64,000 nt of DNA from Takakia lepidozioides (lineage: Eukaryota > Plantae > Bryophyta), in assembly GCA_030704615.1 (NCBI GenBank), contig CM060732.1, positions 13,516,001 through 13,580,000 of the forward strand, written 5' to 3'. The notes below the pieces were generated by a model. It ran no database searches, was not told the DNA's origin, and saw nothing but the letters and a program-made list of their open reading frames with translations. The position numbers and the translations under genes are program-made. Of this stretch, positions 1 through 13,800 are shown piece after piece; the stretch's first letter is position 1; every line of letters starts with the position of its first letter.

Positions 1-267
1 TCATTCTGTGAGTAGTGTTTTCCAACATTGTTGGAGTGCTGCTGTCCATGTACTTGATTCATCGAGTTCTTTCAATGTTTTGTCACTTCATCCTAAGGCC
101 CGACAAGCAAACTGTTTCCTGTTCTGGCATCCACAAGCTTCCATCGGATCATTAATGAGAATGGCCTGACACGTACATAGCAGTTTATTCAAGGGACTCT
201 AATGGCATGTCATGCTTGTTATGCTGGCTTGCATAATTGTGATTGTTCAATGCTGGTTGATCTGCAG

Positions 268-2378
268 GTGCTGGTTGATGTGCTCACGGTCTTGATGGAC
301 AAGAGTGACATCTTAACATTGGAGATCTGTGCAATGCTTATTCCACTCTTGAACGGATTGCTGACGAGTGACAATGACAGGTACTTCTACTACTTGAGTT
401 TGTGGTGGTGTTGATCCCTTAAATATCCTTTGGGACTGAATTAGTCCTTTAGAGGTCCCAAGTGGCTGTAACTACTCCAATCTTCATGAAATTGTCTCAG
501 ATAGTTTACAAGAACCGGTTGGAGCTTTAATGCATTAGCACAACAAACAAGTCTAGCAGTAAGAAGTTTCCTGATTGGAGGCTAGATACCACAAAGAATA
601 AATTTGAGTGACGAGATCAGCCCAAATCTTGAAATTTTTTGGTACCCAGAACTATAATAATCTTTGTTCCCATTTGCGGCTCTTGTTATAAAGAGGTGTG
701 AGAATTTGAGTAGTTTGTTGGATAGGAATTTATAATAAATAAATTTCCTTATGAACCTATAAAAATCTGTTAGAAAATAGGGGGAGTTTTTCCATAGTAT
801 CAAGGTCATGTGGAACCGTTTTCACATTGAAATCCAAGTTTCATCTCTCTATCTTTAGGCTTAGAAACCATGGGCTTACGCACTCATTTGAGCCTACCTT
901 TCGGGGGCTCTGGCTCGTCTCGACAAAACACAACTGTGAAGTGGTTTACCCCAGTACAGTTGGAATGTCGAGCTTGTCCTAGAATGTAGAACAACTTGCA
1001 GTGAACTAAGCAGGGTAGATGGGGTTCGCAGGAATCTTATTACGGCACTTTCGCTGCTTTCAAAGCTTGTCAATACCTTTGGGCCTGTTATCCATGTCAC
1101 ACGTGCTTCATCACCTTCGCTGGGTGTAGACCTTCAAGCAGAGCAACGGTATGGCCCCAGGTCCTTGGTTCCAATGTCAATTTCACATGCCAACACTATG
1201 GGATAGTTCTTACTAAGAATGGCGTCAGGGAACTTTCATGCATGACTTGCACTGACATGATTGATCAACCACAATGCAACCATTCCTACCGCAATTGCTT
1301 GAATTTTCACCTGTTAACATGGAATCAGTGTGGAGCTACATATGTGGACATGAGCCGCCTATGAATGCTGGGTTATATATAACCTGTTTGAGCTAAGGAG
1401 CTGGTTCCATCATCTGAAGCTTTCATACTGAGTTCAACCAACAGGGGCAGACAGTTGTTGAATATTGACAATCCTTTATGCTAGAATACTGCAAGCTGAG
1501 CTGTAAGTATGTCCAGGAGCAGTCCCAGAGAAGACATGGAGAAAACATGATAGCATGGCATTAGTAGCAGAAACTTAGTTGGAAAGATCTGTTTTGAGGG
1601 GTTAAATGGATTTTAGTGGATCACGTAAGTTCCTTAAATGGGGCATAAGGCTGAGATGATGAAGGGGTAAATGTGCACCTTGATATGGTTTTGCGTCAAC
1701 TCTGTATTGGCTGTCTAGTCATGGTGGATCAGAGTCTTGTAGTTGCCAACCTCTGTGCCTAGCAGGCAGGATTCAGTGCTATGACTTGCTGGTGCCCATC
1801 TCGCAGGCTGGAGCGGTGCAACCTTTGTTATCATGAGTTGCAAGCAGCAGGCCATAGCTTACTACCCCTCTTGAGGTACTGTCTCCAGCTTGCGCTTTGC
1901 TTCTTCTTTGCTTCCTCTCCAGCTCACCTTGTTGACCATCCAATTGCCACTGTGGGCACTGATGGTATACCACATAGCTCGTCATGTTGTCATTGGTTGA
2001 AGGGTCAGTTGACAGTTATATTGAGTGTTCTTATCAAGAAAGTCTGACAAAGGAAGGGTGCTCTTGCATGGCACGGTCTCTGTTTGAAGATTCTGGGTTG
2101 AAGCTTTAAATGACAACTAAAAAATACTGTCATATTTATTTGTGTTTTGATGTGGAGGGGTTGTCTGCAATAAACTACGCTACTGCAATGAGTCGAGCAA
2201 ACTGGAACATAATGACTCTCACAGGTAGTCGTTTATAACATAGGTGTGAATCATGGAGTGCAGTCAAACAATTCGAAATTCCGATGTGCTAAGAGTTCTT
2301 GATGTATGTTGTTGCAGACGAGGAGGGGATTTGGCAAAGGCTGCCCAGGAGCTACGTGGAGCTCTGGAGGAAGTGTGA
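268..2378 (+). CDS. KTN80: Katanin p80 (WD40 subunit B1) C-terminal exons; gene begins upstream of the window
   Basis: GT-AG exons 268-380, 1032-1148, 1807-1875 and 2318-2378 splice in frame to VLVDVLTVLMDKSDILTLEICAMLIPLLNGLLTSDNDR-NLITALSLLSKLVNTFGPVIHVTRASSPSLGVDLQAEQR-LERCNLCYHELQ...R-RGGDLAKAAQELRGALEEV*, matching the plant katanin con80 C-terminus. Confidence 0.9.
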
Positions 2379-5068
2379 CTGGCAGATATCCGTGTGTCCC
2401 TTGCGCCCCCACACCCTTTATTCTCCCTTTTCTGAGTTTCCCTTTCTGTGCTTTCCTTTCGGCGTCCCTCTTATCCCAGCTGGGTAGTACTGCAAGAGCT
2501 GCCTAGAAAATGTCCACGACTGGAGTCAGCAGTGTACTTTGTTGACAACTGCCAATGGCAGCCCCTGACCTGCAATACAACATTCGTGCGCTGTGTATTA
2601 CCACTGTCAAAGGATTAGTAGAGGGTTAATACCTGGACAGCATGAGTGGACAACATTGCAGGTGATTTTGTGAAGGGAATGGTCAAGTGACTGTATGCAT
2701 ATGTATTTGTATATCATTTTGAACTGCAAATTCTCAAGTAGCTGGAATCTACCAGCAAACAGTGCATTTAGTTTGAACTTGGATTTTGTGGCAAGCACCT
2801 TGACTAAGTGAACACAACCAACCCACGTTACTTTCTGATCAGAGGCTATGCAAACTTCTTCTCAGGTACGAGCAACAGAGGGAAGATGGCAAAGGGGTTA
2901 GCGCGTTGGGTGTAAGCAACACCACAATGGTATTGAGACTTCTTCTTTTCAATGCTAGAGCATAGTGTTGTTCAGTGGAACAAATCTCAATGACCAAATC
3001 TAGGTACTAAGACCAAGTTTTGGGGCAGCCAGAATTATCTGCATTGTGTATTAATTCTCATTTTTGTTTTGGAGATTGGTAGGCATGGCCCTGCTCTTTA
3101 CACTTGGATTAGAATGGATAAAGTAATTGAAGTAAAAATGAGCCATGTAGTAACTTGACACCTTGGATGCTAGACATGTCATCCTTTGCAGCCAAGCTAG
3201 TCATCATCGTTATGCCCTCAAGTTTGAGGAGAAAGCTGATTGTGAAAGATGCTCTTCTGGGTAGTGCCAATTACCACTAACAACATCCACATTATCCCAT
3301 CTTAGTTTGCTTGGTTACCTGATCAAAGCTATGAGGTGGTTGTCAACTTGACTTGACTGTTATTCTGGCCGGGAGATATTTATGGTTGTTGGAGGTATGA
3401 TCAGGATGAATGTTCAGTTTGAAGCAGCTAGCTTCAGAGCGGACAGATAACATCCTTGTGTTGCCAAGACATTGATAATTTAGTTCTTGGTATATTCTTA
3501 CAAACGGTTTTCACCGGAGTGGAAGAGTTTCAGTCAGTCCACTATGAAACAGTTTGGTGATTACTTTTTGGAGTGGAGAGAGTAGTCGTTCGCTCATGAC
3601 AATACTATCTGCGCAACAATGTCAAGGTTTGCAGCAGCCCCACATGGTTTTCTCAGGGGATTGGTGGTTGGTGCTAAAATAGTGCAATTGTTTTTACTAG
3701 TAAGGCTCTATCTCCCACGCTTCAATTGCTCAAAGTTGTAGGCACAAACATGATTGGTAGCAGGCAGATATCTTGCTCGGTATACATATACGTCTGTATG
3801 TGGATTGATTCCCTGGGCCACACGTGCAAGTGTCAGGTTGAGGATCAGAACACAGTGGCAGGCTGCCTGCATTTTGTGTGGTCTCGTCCAAATGGGGGCA
3901 GTGGGGCCCACCACCCCATTCACCAAGGCCCAAACTACCTGCATGCCTTGGCTTAGGAAATTTATGACTACCTTCATGCGGGTAGTTATAGGACTTCTTG
4001 CATGTAGTTGTAAGAAAATGTGGCGAATTACCTGCATACAAATATTGACAAAGTACCTTCATGAAGGTAGTCATGATCAGCACCAACCACTCTATCTAGG
4101 AATGATCCCACAATCTGCAGGATAGGAGCAGCATCCTCCTATCACCAAGCTGCACCCTCAAAGCTTGCCACAAATCAATTGACTCTATGTCAAAAACAGA
4201 AAACAGAGAAATACGGAGCGTTTAAATGTAGTGGGGCCGCTATCAGGTCACTGTCGCCTCTTCCCCGGCCTCATTACGACGAAAATTCAGAGGCCTCGCA
4301 CAGCATGCCACCATCTTGGCAGTCCCCACATGTGCTCCCAAGTATTGCAGAGTCCAACTTAAGCAAATACAGGGGTATATCATTGGAGATGAGAAGACAA
4401 AAATGTTTCAGGGTGAAGCATACCAGAATATAGTGCTCAGGCAACATTCCACCTTTATCACTGATTGTGGGCCATCTCGGGTCCAACATCACCTTTACAA
4501 GAAGCTTTTGCAGAGAATCTGTGCTCGTAATCATCATCTTTTTGTAGCATGAAGTCAGTAGCAACCACTGCATCCCTTTTAATTCATAAAACTGATGCTG
4601 CAACATGCAAACATTCTTAGTAGAATGCTGTTCGTGAACAGTGGTAAGCTTATCAACTTGACACTCTGAGTGAGAAGCTGGGTTGAGAAGGTGGTAGTAA
4701 GTGCTAACTGAATTTGGGCAAAATGCACATGTCCGTAAGCAAGGGAGATGGAGTGTGACAGTGTGTCGCTGGCTCTCACTGCTTACGATAGCTTGAGACC
4801 CATAGTAAAAGGTAAGAGGGATGGAAAATAGGCAGAAGAGCGGAGAAGACAAGTGGGAGTGATTGTTGTCAGAAATGTGCAACGTCCCATGCTTGCTTGG
4901 AACACAATGAGTGCATGGGCCAGTTTGAATTCAAAGGTCCCACCATCTCTTCTCTCTCCCTCTTTGCTCAGGTGGTTGCTCCCTTCGCCTCTCCAGACTG
5001 TGTAGTGCATCTCTTTGTAGGAAACTCTCTCTCTCTCTCCGTGGGCACATTGAAGAGCGTGGGAGGCC

Positions 5069-8000
5069 ATGGCTCAGAGCCGTGTGGTGGGGAAGGTACG
5101 AAGTGTTGGTGGGGGAGGTGGGAGCAAGGTGGGTGGGTGTCCGCCCACCCAACTGCTGTTGATCGAGCTCAAGCACCGCATTCTGGCAGCGCTCAACAAG
5201 CTGGCAGATCGCGACACGCAGCAGCTTGCCGTGGAGGACCTGGAGCGTATTGCGGAGGGTGTCTCGCTAGAAAGTCTTTCGCTAGTTCTCACCTGCCTCT
5301 ACGACACTGATGCGCAGAAGAAGAGCGTGGTAAGGCGGGAATGCGTGAAACTGTTCGGGACGCTGGCATTGTCGCACGGGGATTTATTGGCACCGCACGT
5401 TCCTAAGATTGTAGCCAACATTGTTCGCAGACTCAAGGATCCTGACTCCAACATCCGTGATGCCTGTGTTGAAACCATGGGCACCTTGGCTGCCCAAGTT
5501 GGAGCCGGAGACGCAGCGTCAGCCCTTAGTGTGTTCACGAAGCCACTGTTTGAAGCAATGAGCGAACAAAATCGCAGCTTGCAGGTTGGCGCGGCCCTGT
5601 GCCTGGCACGGGTTGTAGAGTGTGCCAAGGATCCACCTCCAGGCACATTGCAACGACTTTCTCCCCGCGTTGTCAAGCTTCTAGGTAGCTCCAACTTCTT
5701 GGCCAAGGCTTCCTTGCTCACCACTATCGGAGGCCTTGCTCAGGTTATTTCTCACTCCTTTTCTTTTTTCTATGTGCTTCTTGTTGTGGTGGTCCGCTGT
5801 TGTTAGCATTAACAAGGAGTGGCATCTGCAAGTCTGGTGGACCTACCTTCGCAATGCTGGTTATTCCCATTAAGCAGACCCATGAGCTCTAAAAAGCAGT
5901 TGTATTCAGGCATGTCGCAAAAAATGCAGGTATGCATGATGCTCGTACCACATGTGAGGAGGACTGCCAGTGGAGTTGCAGAGAATGTTGGTAGCCCTGG
6001 TTCCATAATCCTCAGCCAGGTTGACCTAGAAATAGATTAGAGCTTAATCCATTTTAGCCCCAGATGTCTATCTTCCTTCCCCTTAGCCCCCCCCCCCCCC
6101 CAACCCCTCCCAACTTCCTCATCCAGGCAGCAGGAGGGAGCAGTGGAACTCAACTGGCAGTACTCGTGACATGTACTCAAGAGGCATTGGAAAGCAGCGA
6201 CTGGGCAACACGCAAGGCTGCAGTTGACACATTGGCACGCATGGCAACTACGATGGGACCGGGCTTGATGACCTTCAAGGCTCCCTGTAGTTCTGCACTG
6301 GAGCATTGCCGTTTTGACAAAGTACAGCACCTTCTTTCCTGCATTGATTAAGTTCTCATATGGTGACCTCCCCTCATCAATCAAGAATGTGAGTTATTTT
6401 AGGGAAGTCAGGTTGGCTGCAATGCAAAGAGTTTATACTGCTGGTAATACAGTGGTGAGACTTGTTAGGCATGGTGCAATCTGGAGGCCTTCTGTCTGGC
6501 ATGGGGCAGTGTGTTGACCACACCAGTCCAAGGATACAATTTGACTTTACATAAATCATGGACTGATGAAGATGATTTTCCTATGGTTGCCAAATCTGTG
6601 GTGGGTTGTGGCATTGACGTGGTGGAATGGGTTGAAATCAGGTGAAACCTGTACGAGACAGTGTTGCAGAGGCCTTGCTGGTGTGGAAGACCATCCCAGA
6701 TGCCAGTGACTTCTACACACCGCCACCCTCTACAGCCGTTGCCAAAGGTACGAGGTCAACCTTCTTTCTCAGTCTTATGTGTACTACAGTTGTTCAACTT
6801 GATGTCGTCTCTAGCATGGGAGGTAATAATGCATGACCCCTTGGGTGTGGTTTGCATTATGTGGGCTGCTCTACTCTGCATGCATTTTGTGATGTAACAG
6901 CTAGTACAGGGTCAGCAGGATGGCATTGAGTAGACGTGGGAGTTGTGACACCCTCTGTCTCATAGATATTGTTTTAAATGCAGGGGTTGCCATTGACAGC
7001 CCAGATCTTGCATCTCCTATCCGACCCATTGAACTGGACACGTCTAGTCCTACTCTCAGAAAGAGTGATGTATCTTCATCAATGAAGTCGGCCACCACGA
7101 TAAGTGCACCACACTCTGCAGCATTTGAGACCAGTGCAACTGCTGCCTACTCCAAGTCTCCGTTGGAGAAACCAGGGGGCAGTGTTTTGAAAAAGAGGAC
7201 CCCAGCTCTCAGTGACAAAAAGACGAATCCCAACTTCTTTCGGAGGTTGGAGAGTGCTAGGAGCCTGGAACAGAGAACCTCAGGTGACTGGCAGATTGAA
7301 GTGGCCGTTCCTCATGGATTTTCATCTATGCCTGCTTCACATCAACAAAAGTTGGAAAATGAAAGTCATATAACAGGGGACATCAGTGATGAACAGTTGG
7401 GACATCAAGGCAATGGATCGATTCCTGTTTGTGAAGTTGACGCACCAACTCTTTCCAGTGGATTTGTAATCCCTATTGAGACAACTATTATAGACCTCCC
7501 AGAGAAGCCAGAAGCAGGCGGGCGGTGCAGTGAGCTTCCCGAACAGAGCGAGACTGAAGGCACGTGCGCTCGGGTTATTTTATTTGCTAACAAATTGGGT
7601 GCTCAGTTGCATACACTAGTCTCTAGCTTAGTATAGTTCTTAGCCCTTGAGGTGATACCAGCCAGTGGGGCATGTCTTTTGATCCAGGTGCCTGACTGAT
7701 ATGACATATGCTGTCCTTAAATCTTGCACACCCATATTTTCATCCAAGCACCACTTCTTTGCACCTGATGGCACATTGGAAGGGAATTCTAGAACCTACT
7801 TCAATGGGCCCTGTCCCTGCTTGCTGCAATTATGTCTAAGAGTTGCTCTCACAAGAGTTGGTGGGAAGGCAGGCATGAATGGTGCAGGATTGAGGAAAGT
7901 ACCAACTCCTGAGTCTCTGGATGATGCAATGCCATGGCAGACGGCAACACAGCAACAACAGCATTCTGAGCTGCATTCATGGGATCCCAGTGTATCTGTC

Positions 8001-9534
8001 ACCAGCCCTTCAAGCAGTGCTGCTAGCTATGATGATGCTGCAGCTTCTGTTGCAGCTGGTGCTGACTGGGCAATGGTTCAACGGCAATTTCTCAATCTTG
8101 AGCGCCAGCAGTGCACTATCATGGAGATGCTGCAGGTGACCACTTTCCTTCTTTTCTGCTCAGCACACCTTTCCTTGTTGTGTGCACCCATCGGTATCAT
8201 GCTTATTCCAATTGAGATGATTTGCAAGCCTTGGAGCCTTCCAAACTCGGAAGCCATTTATGTAGTGTCCAGATTCATGCCTCAGGCTGTCTTGTGAAGA
8301 CACAATGTGCTCAGAATACCTGGATGCAAAATACTTTTTGCTTATCTTCCCACAAAGAGACTGTCGATTTGCAAAACCTGTTGGGTCCTTTGACAGATGA
8401 TCCTCGTTTCGTTGATGAATTGTGTGGACATTAAAGAAGGGTTAGCGTCCTTGCACATGCCCATAGGGTCAATTACAGTACATTTGGCATCCATGTGAAT
8501 CTGACTGTTATATGGCATCGAGTTTGGGATGAGATGTGCAGGAATTCATCAGCAGTGTGCACGAGAGCATGCAGGGTTTGGAAGGCAGGGTTCGCAGGTT
8601 GGAGTGTGTTGTGGATGACATGGCCCGCAGTGCAACCCATGCAGCCGAAAGATTGCCCAATAGTAGTTCACCTAGATTTGAAAGTGCCACCAGTCGCTCT
8701 CTTGGCAAATTCCTGGCAGGTGCAGATTTCTTGAGCTCCAAGCTCAGGAAAGTGAAGGAGAACCAGGCATATCTTGGAGAGAAAGTGTCAGATTCAATGT
8801 CTGCAAGTGGAAGAGGGAGCAGAGAGTTGTCATGGAAGACTGCTGACTCAAGTTCAGACATGTGGGATGAATACCCATATGGAGCTGGTCTTCAAACTGG
8901 AATGCCAGCAAACTCCACAGCTGAAGCACCACGTAGGGTCAACCTTGGGCTGACCTCTGACTTTGCTGGAAAGGCAGGTCGGGACAATGGAGACAGTGAG
9001 CAAGTCATGAACCGGGGAGCATGGGATAGGGTATCTGGTCCAATTAGGCTGGGTGAAGGTGCTTGGGACTTAGACGCTTTTACGGGTTCTGTGGGGTACC
9101 CTTAATTTTTGCGCAGACTTATGAATGGTAGACGCAGGCATCCAAGGATGAGGCCACGCTGGCTGCTATTCGTGCTGCCCCACCTGACAAGCCATCCCCC
9201 CGTCAACATGATACAGGTAGTGACTACAAGAGCAGCACAAACAACAAGGATGGGGGGCCCTTTAGGCTGCTATGGAGCCATGCCATGGAAAGTGTGCGCG
9301 CAGGTGACCTGGATGCAGCCTATGGGAAGGTTCTGGGTAGTGAGGATGAGCTTCTGTTGGTTCGATTGATGGGTCGCACCGGCCCGGTCCTGCAGCAGCT
9401 CAGCCCTGGAACTGCACTACAGCTGGTGGGCACTCTTACGCAGCTGCTCCAGCAGCACACCGTCCTCGACTCCCTTATTCCCTGGATCCAGCAGGTGCAT
9501 TTTCTCTCTCTCTTCAAACAAAGTCTTATGAGTA

Positions 9535-9573
<39 letters not shown>

Positions 9574-10849
9574 TTTTTCCACTGCAGAGGGATCAAGGAT
9601 CAACTCTGAAGTCAATAAAACCATACTTTGCTGGGTTATTAGGCCTGCCTTGGAGTATGCATCTGCAGTATGGATTGATAACTCCAACCAGGCCAAGTCT
9701 CTAGAATCCATTCAAGTGGGGTGCTTAAGGAGTGCATGTCAGCATGCTCCAAAACAGCCAATGTGGCTGTTCGGGGTGAGTTTGACATCCCTCCCTTAAG
9801 CTCCCAACGAGATGAATTCAAGGTCAGATGGTGGGGCCAGTTGCAACATATGACTAATATCAGATATCCTAAGTTAATCGACTCTATATCTTGGAAGCAG
9901 GATCGCCCCGTCAAACAGGCTAAATCCTGGCAGAAGAGAGTAGAAGAGATTCTCAAGGATCTAAGTCCGCAAGGCTTGACCCTGCTGGATAATCTGACTT
10001 AAAGGCTGTAGTGTCCAAAGCCATGTCTGTTGCCATAAAATTGTCTGATGAAAATGAAGTTAGGCAGAAAATTTCCCTGAACTTGTTTCCAGTCTGTGAC
10101 ATGGGAGAAGCAGAGAGGAAAGGGGGATTGCAAATGCCCGTTGTGTTGGCAATCTGAAGACAATATTCACTTTCTGATTCATTGTCCTGGGTGTTGGAGG
10201 TGTCAAGGCTATAGCCCTTGCACGGCACTCTGAGAACAGAAAGGGACGGGTAGCTCAATGGTAGAGCACCCCACCGGAATGGGGGAGGTCCTAGGTTCAA
10301 TCCCTAGCCCGACCACACGCCAGTGGTTTTCCAACATGGTATCAGAGCCAAGGTTGGGGCGGTGGTCAGAATGGGTAGGCATCAGCTATAAGGGCTATGC
10401 CTTGAGGGGGAGTGTTGGAGGTGTCAAGGCTATAGCCCTTGCACGGCACTCTGAGAACAGAAAGGGACGGGTAGCTCAATGGTAGAGCACCCCACCGGAA
10501 TGGGGGAGGTCCTAGGTTCAATCCCTAGCCCGACCACACGCCAGTGGTTTTCCAACACTGGGTACTCTCACCAGAGAGACGTCCTCTTCAAATCCATCAA
10601 GGGAATTCTACCTGTACCTCTGTTTACCAACTTTGAAAGTCTAGAGGAAACCACACACAGCAGATTCATGCTTGTGTAAAGGGATATCTAGAGGATATCT
10701 GGAAAACTTGGATCACTTGTCTGTTCCAAGGTAAGTCATACTACCGGTGTCAGCCCTTGACAAAGGTAGTTTCTGTCCCTTTGTGTTCAGCTCAAACTGA
10801 GCGTGGGGTCAATGGCCACAAGGCTATGGCAAACAACGTCTTATGAGTA

Positions 10850-10897
<48 letters not shown>

Positions 10898-13800
10898 GGT
10901 TCCACTCAAACTGGGTTCGTGGTCACTGGCCACAAGGCTATGGCAAACAACGTCTTATGAGTACATTCTCCCTGCCCACCAGGAAGCCTATTGTCATGGG
11001 TGGACTTGATATGAGAGTAGATAAATGTCTCTGTGACTAAATGCGGCCTTGTGACCTCGTGTCTTTGTTTGTTTCGACCTGAAGCACTGCTTTGGGTAAG
11101 GTAGTACATCGGATTTAGTTGGAGAAATTGTGGCCTCTCCCTCTTTAGAATATGTCTACCGGGGCCATTTCCTGCAGCTCCTTTGGAGTGATGATCTCTG
11201 AATCATGACAAGCGGACCCCTACCGCTTGGGGGCAGCCCCTCCGCTCAAAGTGGGCAGTTGTATGCTCTGTCTGGCATGCTCGGCACCTGGGCTAGGGTT
11301 TGCCCTTGTGCTTAAACATCTAGCCTGCTAATTATGAAAATTCAAATTTTGTCCGTACTACCCAGGGTAACTCCTGGAACCTGGTCACTTATGCCAAAGC
11401 TAGAGCTTCTTGTGTAGTTTTTAGGGTGAATACCAGGATGGACGATGTGTCCTTTAAAATTACTTGCTCAAATTTAGGCTTGGATCATGTGGCTGATGGC
11501 ACCATCTCAAGACTTGGTATCAGAGGTGCATTGAAGGTGACAGTGCCTAAGAATGCTACAAGTAGAGATTCACTTCAAAGTACTCTCAGAGAAGTTCAAC
11601 CTCTGACTGGTTGGAGAGCAGTCATAGACATTGGTGATTCAATGAGGAAGACAGTCAATGTCTACATGCCTCCCGAGGGAGCCCTTAGCATTGACGCCAA
11701 TAAAGCCTTCGAAGACGTCAACCTGGATTGTGCTAAGGGACGAACTAATTGTCTGCAGTAGAGCAGTAAATTGGTGGACCAATGAGATCAACCTCAAGAT
11801 TGCTGAGAGACGGGCACTTTATAAAGACTGCTGTAGTATCAAAAACGACAAATCTGTGGTCTAGATACTACAAATTGCGCAAAGATATTAACCGGCTTGT
11901 ACCAAGACACTTGAACCACCATGGTGGTAATGATAAGAGATTCTAATTGGCCTTGCAGCATTTGTACGAGCCAAAGCATGGCCAGCAAGTTTGGGCTTTA
12001 AGCAACCACAAATGTGCATGGTGACTTCAACGGTTGACATTGTCAAAACCTTTGAAACACACTACAGCCTTCTGGGCCATGAATCAAGTATAATTGTGAG
12101 GGGCCTTCTAAAGAATGGAAGGACTCAGTACGGACAACTGTTTCTATATTCCAAGGCAGCCCTGATGAACTGGCTTATATCTCGAAGGGTTACAACGCAC
12201 CCATTTGTTCTTCTGTGGTGATACAGGCCCTTGCCGTTCTCTTTAACCTTACCTAGCAGACTGAAGTGATCCCCTTTCGCTGGAGACAGGGAGTCATTGT
12301 CAATCTGTATGAGAACGGGGACAGAGAAGAACCTGGGAACTATTGCGGTATCGCGCTTCTTAGTGCAGTTGGCAAGCTATTTTGTAGGATTATGAGCACC
12401 TGTCTCGATGTGGATCTGGAGTCTAGAGGTGGTTTCCATGAAGGCCAGGTTGGCTTTCAGAGACATAGGGGCTGCACTGAGCATATTTTCACTCTAAGTC
12501 AGACCATACAGGGAAGGAAAATAGAAGGAAAGCCCACTTTTGTCTTCTTCCTGGACGTCAAAAAGGCTTATGACACAGTATGGCATGACGGGCTATTTCC
12601 GGCTTTGGGCTTCGGGATCAGGGGAAAGCTGTGGAGGATGGTCCACAACCTTTATGCAAACACCAAAGGTTGTGTTACGGTCAATGGACAGAGACTAGCT
12701 TCTTTGATATTGACCACGGTGTAGCACAAGGTTGTACCCCCTCACCACTGCTCTTCAATGTTGTCATTTATCAGCTTCTTGAAGATGTGGAAAAGTGAGG
12801 GGTTTGGGCTAAAGGTGGGTGATGCCACCATACCAGCTCTTATGTTTGCGGATGACTTCGCAGGCCTAGGGGATACCCCATCCAATCCAGGAGCTGATTG
12901 ATTGCGAAGAGGTTCTTTGACCTGTGGAGGCTAGAAGCTAATGTTAGTAACTGCGCAGTGGTGGCATTCAACGACTATGGGGAAGGAGGAGGGGATCTCA
13001 AATGGAAATGGGGCGATGAAGAGATTCCTGTACTCCCTTCCTACACCTATCTTGGTGTTGATTTTTTTCTCCAACTGTAACTGGGATGCACATATATGAT
13101 TCGATCAGCTAAACGCATTGCTTTGGGTCTCACTAAATTTTTCCACTGCAGAGGGATTAACACCGAAGTTAAGCGGACCATGCTTTGTAATGTTATAAGG
13201 CCCTTGCAGTACGCATCTGCTGTGTGGGTCGACAACTCCAACCATGCTAAATCCCTAGAATCCATTCAGGCTGCGGTGCTCGATGAAAGCATGTTGGCTT
13301 GTCTAGAACAGCTAATGTGTTCAGGGTGAGTTAGGAATACCTCCCTTAAGCTCTCGACGTGATGAATTCAAGGTCAGATGGTGGGGGTCAGTTGAATCGC
13401 ATACCTAACACCGAATACCCTAAGGTAATCAAATTTATTTCTTGGAAGCAAGACCATCCTGTTAAACAGGCCAAGTCTTGGCGGAAAAGGTAGATGAGAT
13501 TTTCAGGTATCTGAATATCAGTCCTGATAATTGATCCTACTGGATAAAGCTGACCTGGAGGGGGTTGTGTCCAAAGCCACGTCTGATGCCCAAAGACTAT
13601 CCGATGAAAATGAAGAGGCATAAAACTTCACTGAACTTGTTTCCAGTGGGCGAGGACCTTAAGTATGATCTCAAGGGCCTACCTATCCTTGGCACGAGAC
13701 TGAAATTTAAACTCAGGGCGGGAAGCCTGCCTTTCCACAATAAACAGATGCAGAGAGGAAGAGGATTGTAATTGCCCGATGTGCAGGCAACCTGAAGACA

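Larger units (their letters stand above)
10192..10557 (+). mobile_element. TRIM (miniature LTR retrotransposon) with tRNA-like LTRs
   Basis: Identical 145-bp LTRs 10192-10336 and 10413-10557 (TGTTGG...CCAACA). PBS TGGTATCAGAGCCA (tRNA-iMet type) at 10337, PPT GAGGGGGAG before LTR2, and 5-bp TSD CTGGG (10187-10191 and 10558-10562). The empty site is visible in the LINE copy at about 17950. Confidence 0.95.
9571..10852 (+). mobile_element. 5'-truncated non-LTR retrotransposon (RTE/RTEX-like) 3' fragment, interrupted by a TRIM
   Basis: Closely similar to 17250-18296 (VLKECMSACSKTANVAVRGEF...). Ends GCAAACAACGTCTTATGAGTACAT followed by (TC)n and starts right after another (TC)n run. Confidence 0.85.

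Noticed and set aside
3700-4900. ORFs between KTN80 and TOR1
   Set aside because: No recognisable domain or convincing splice structure.
10244-10536. Two functional tRNA genes
   Set aside because: Both lie inside LTRs of a TRIM. The anticodon arm is irregular and the acceptor stem has a mismatch, so they are reported as tRNA-like only.
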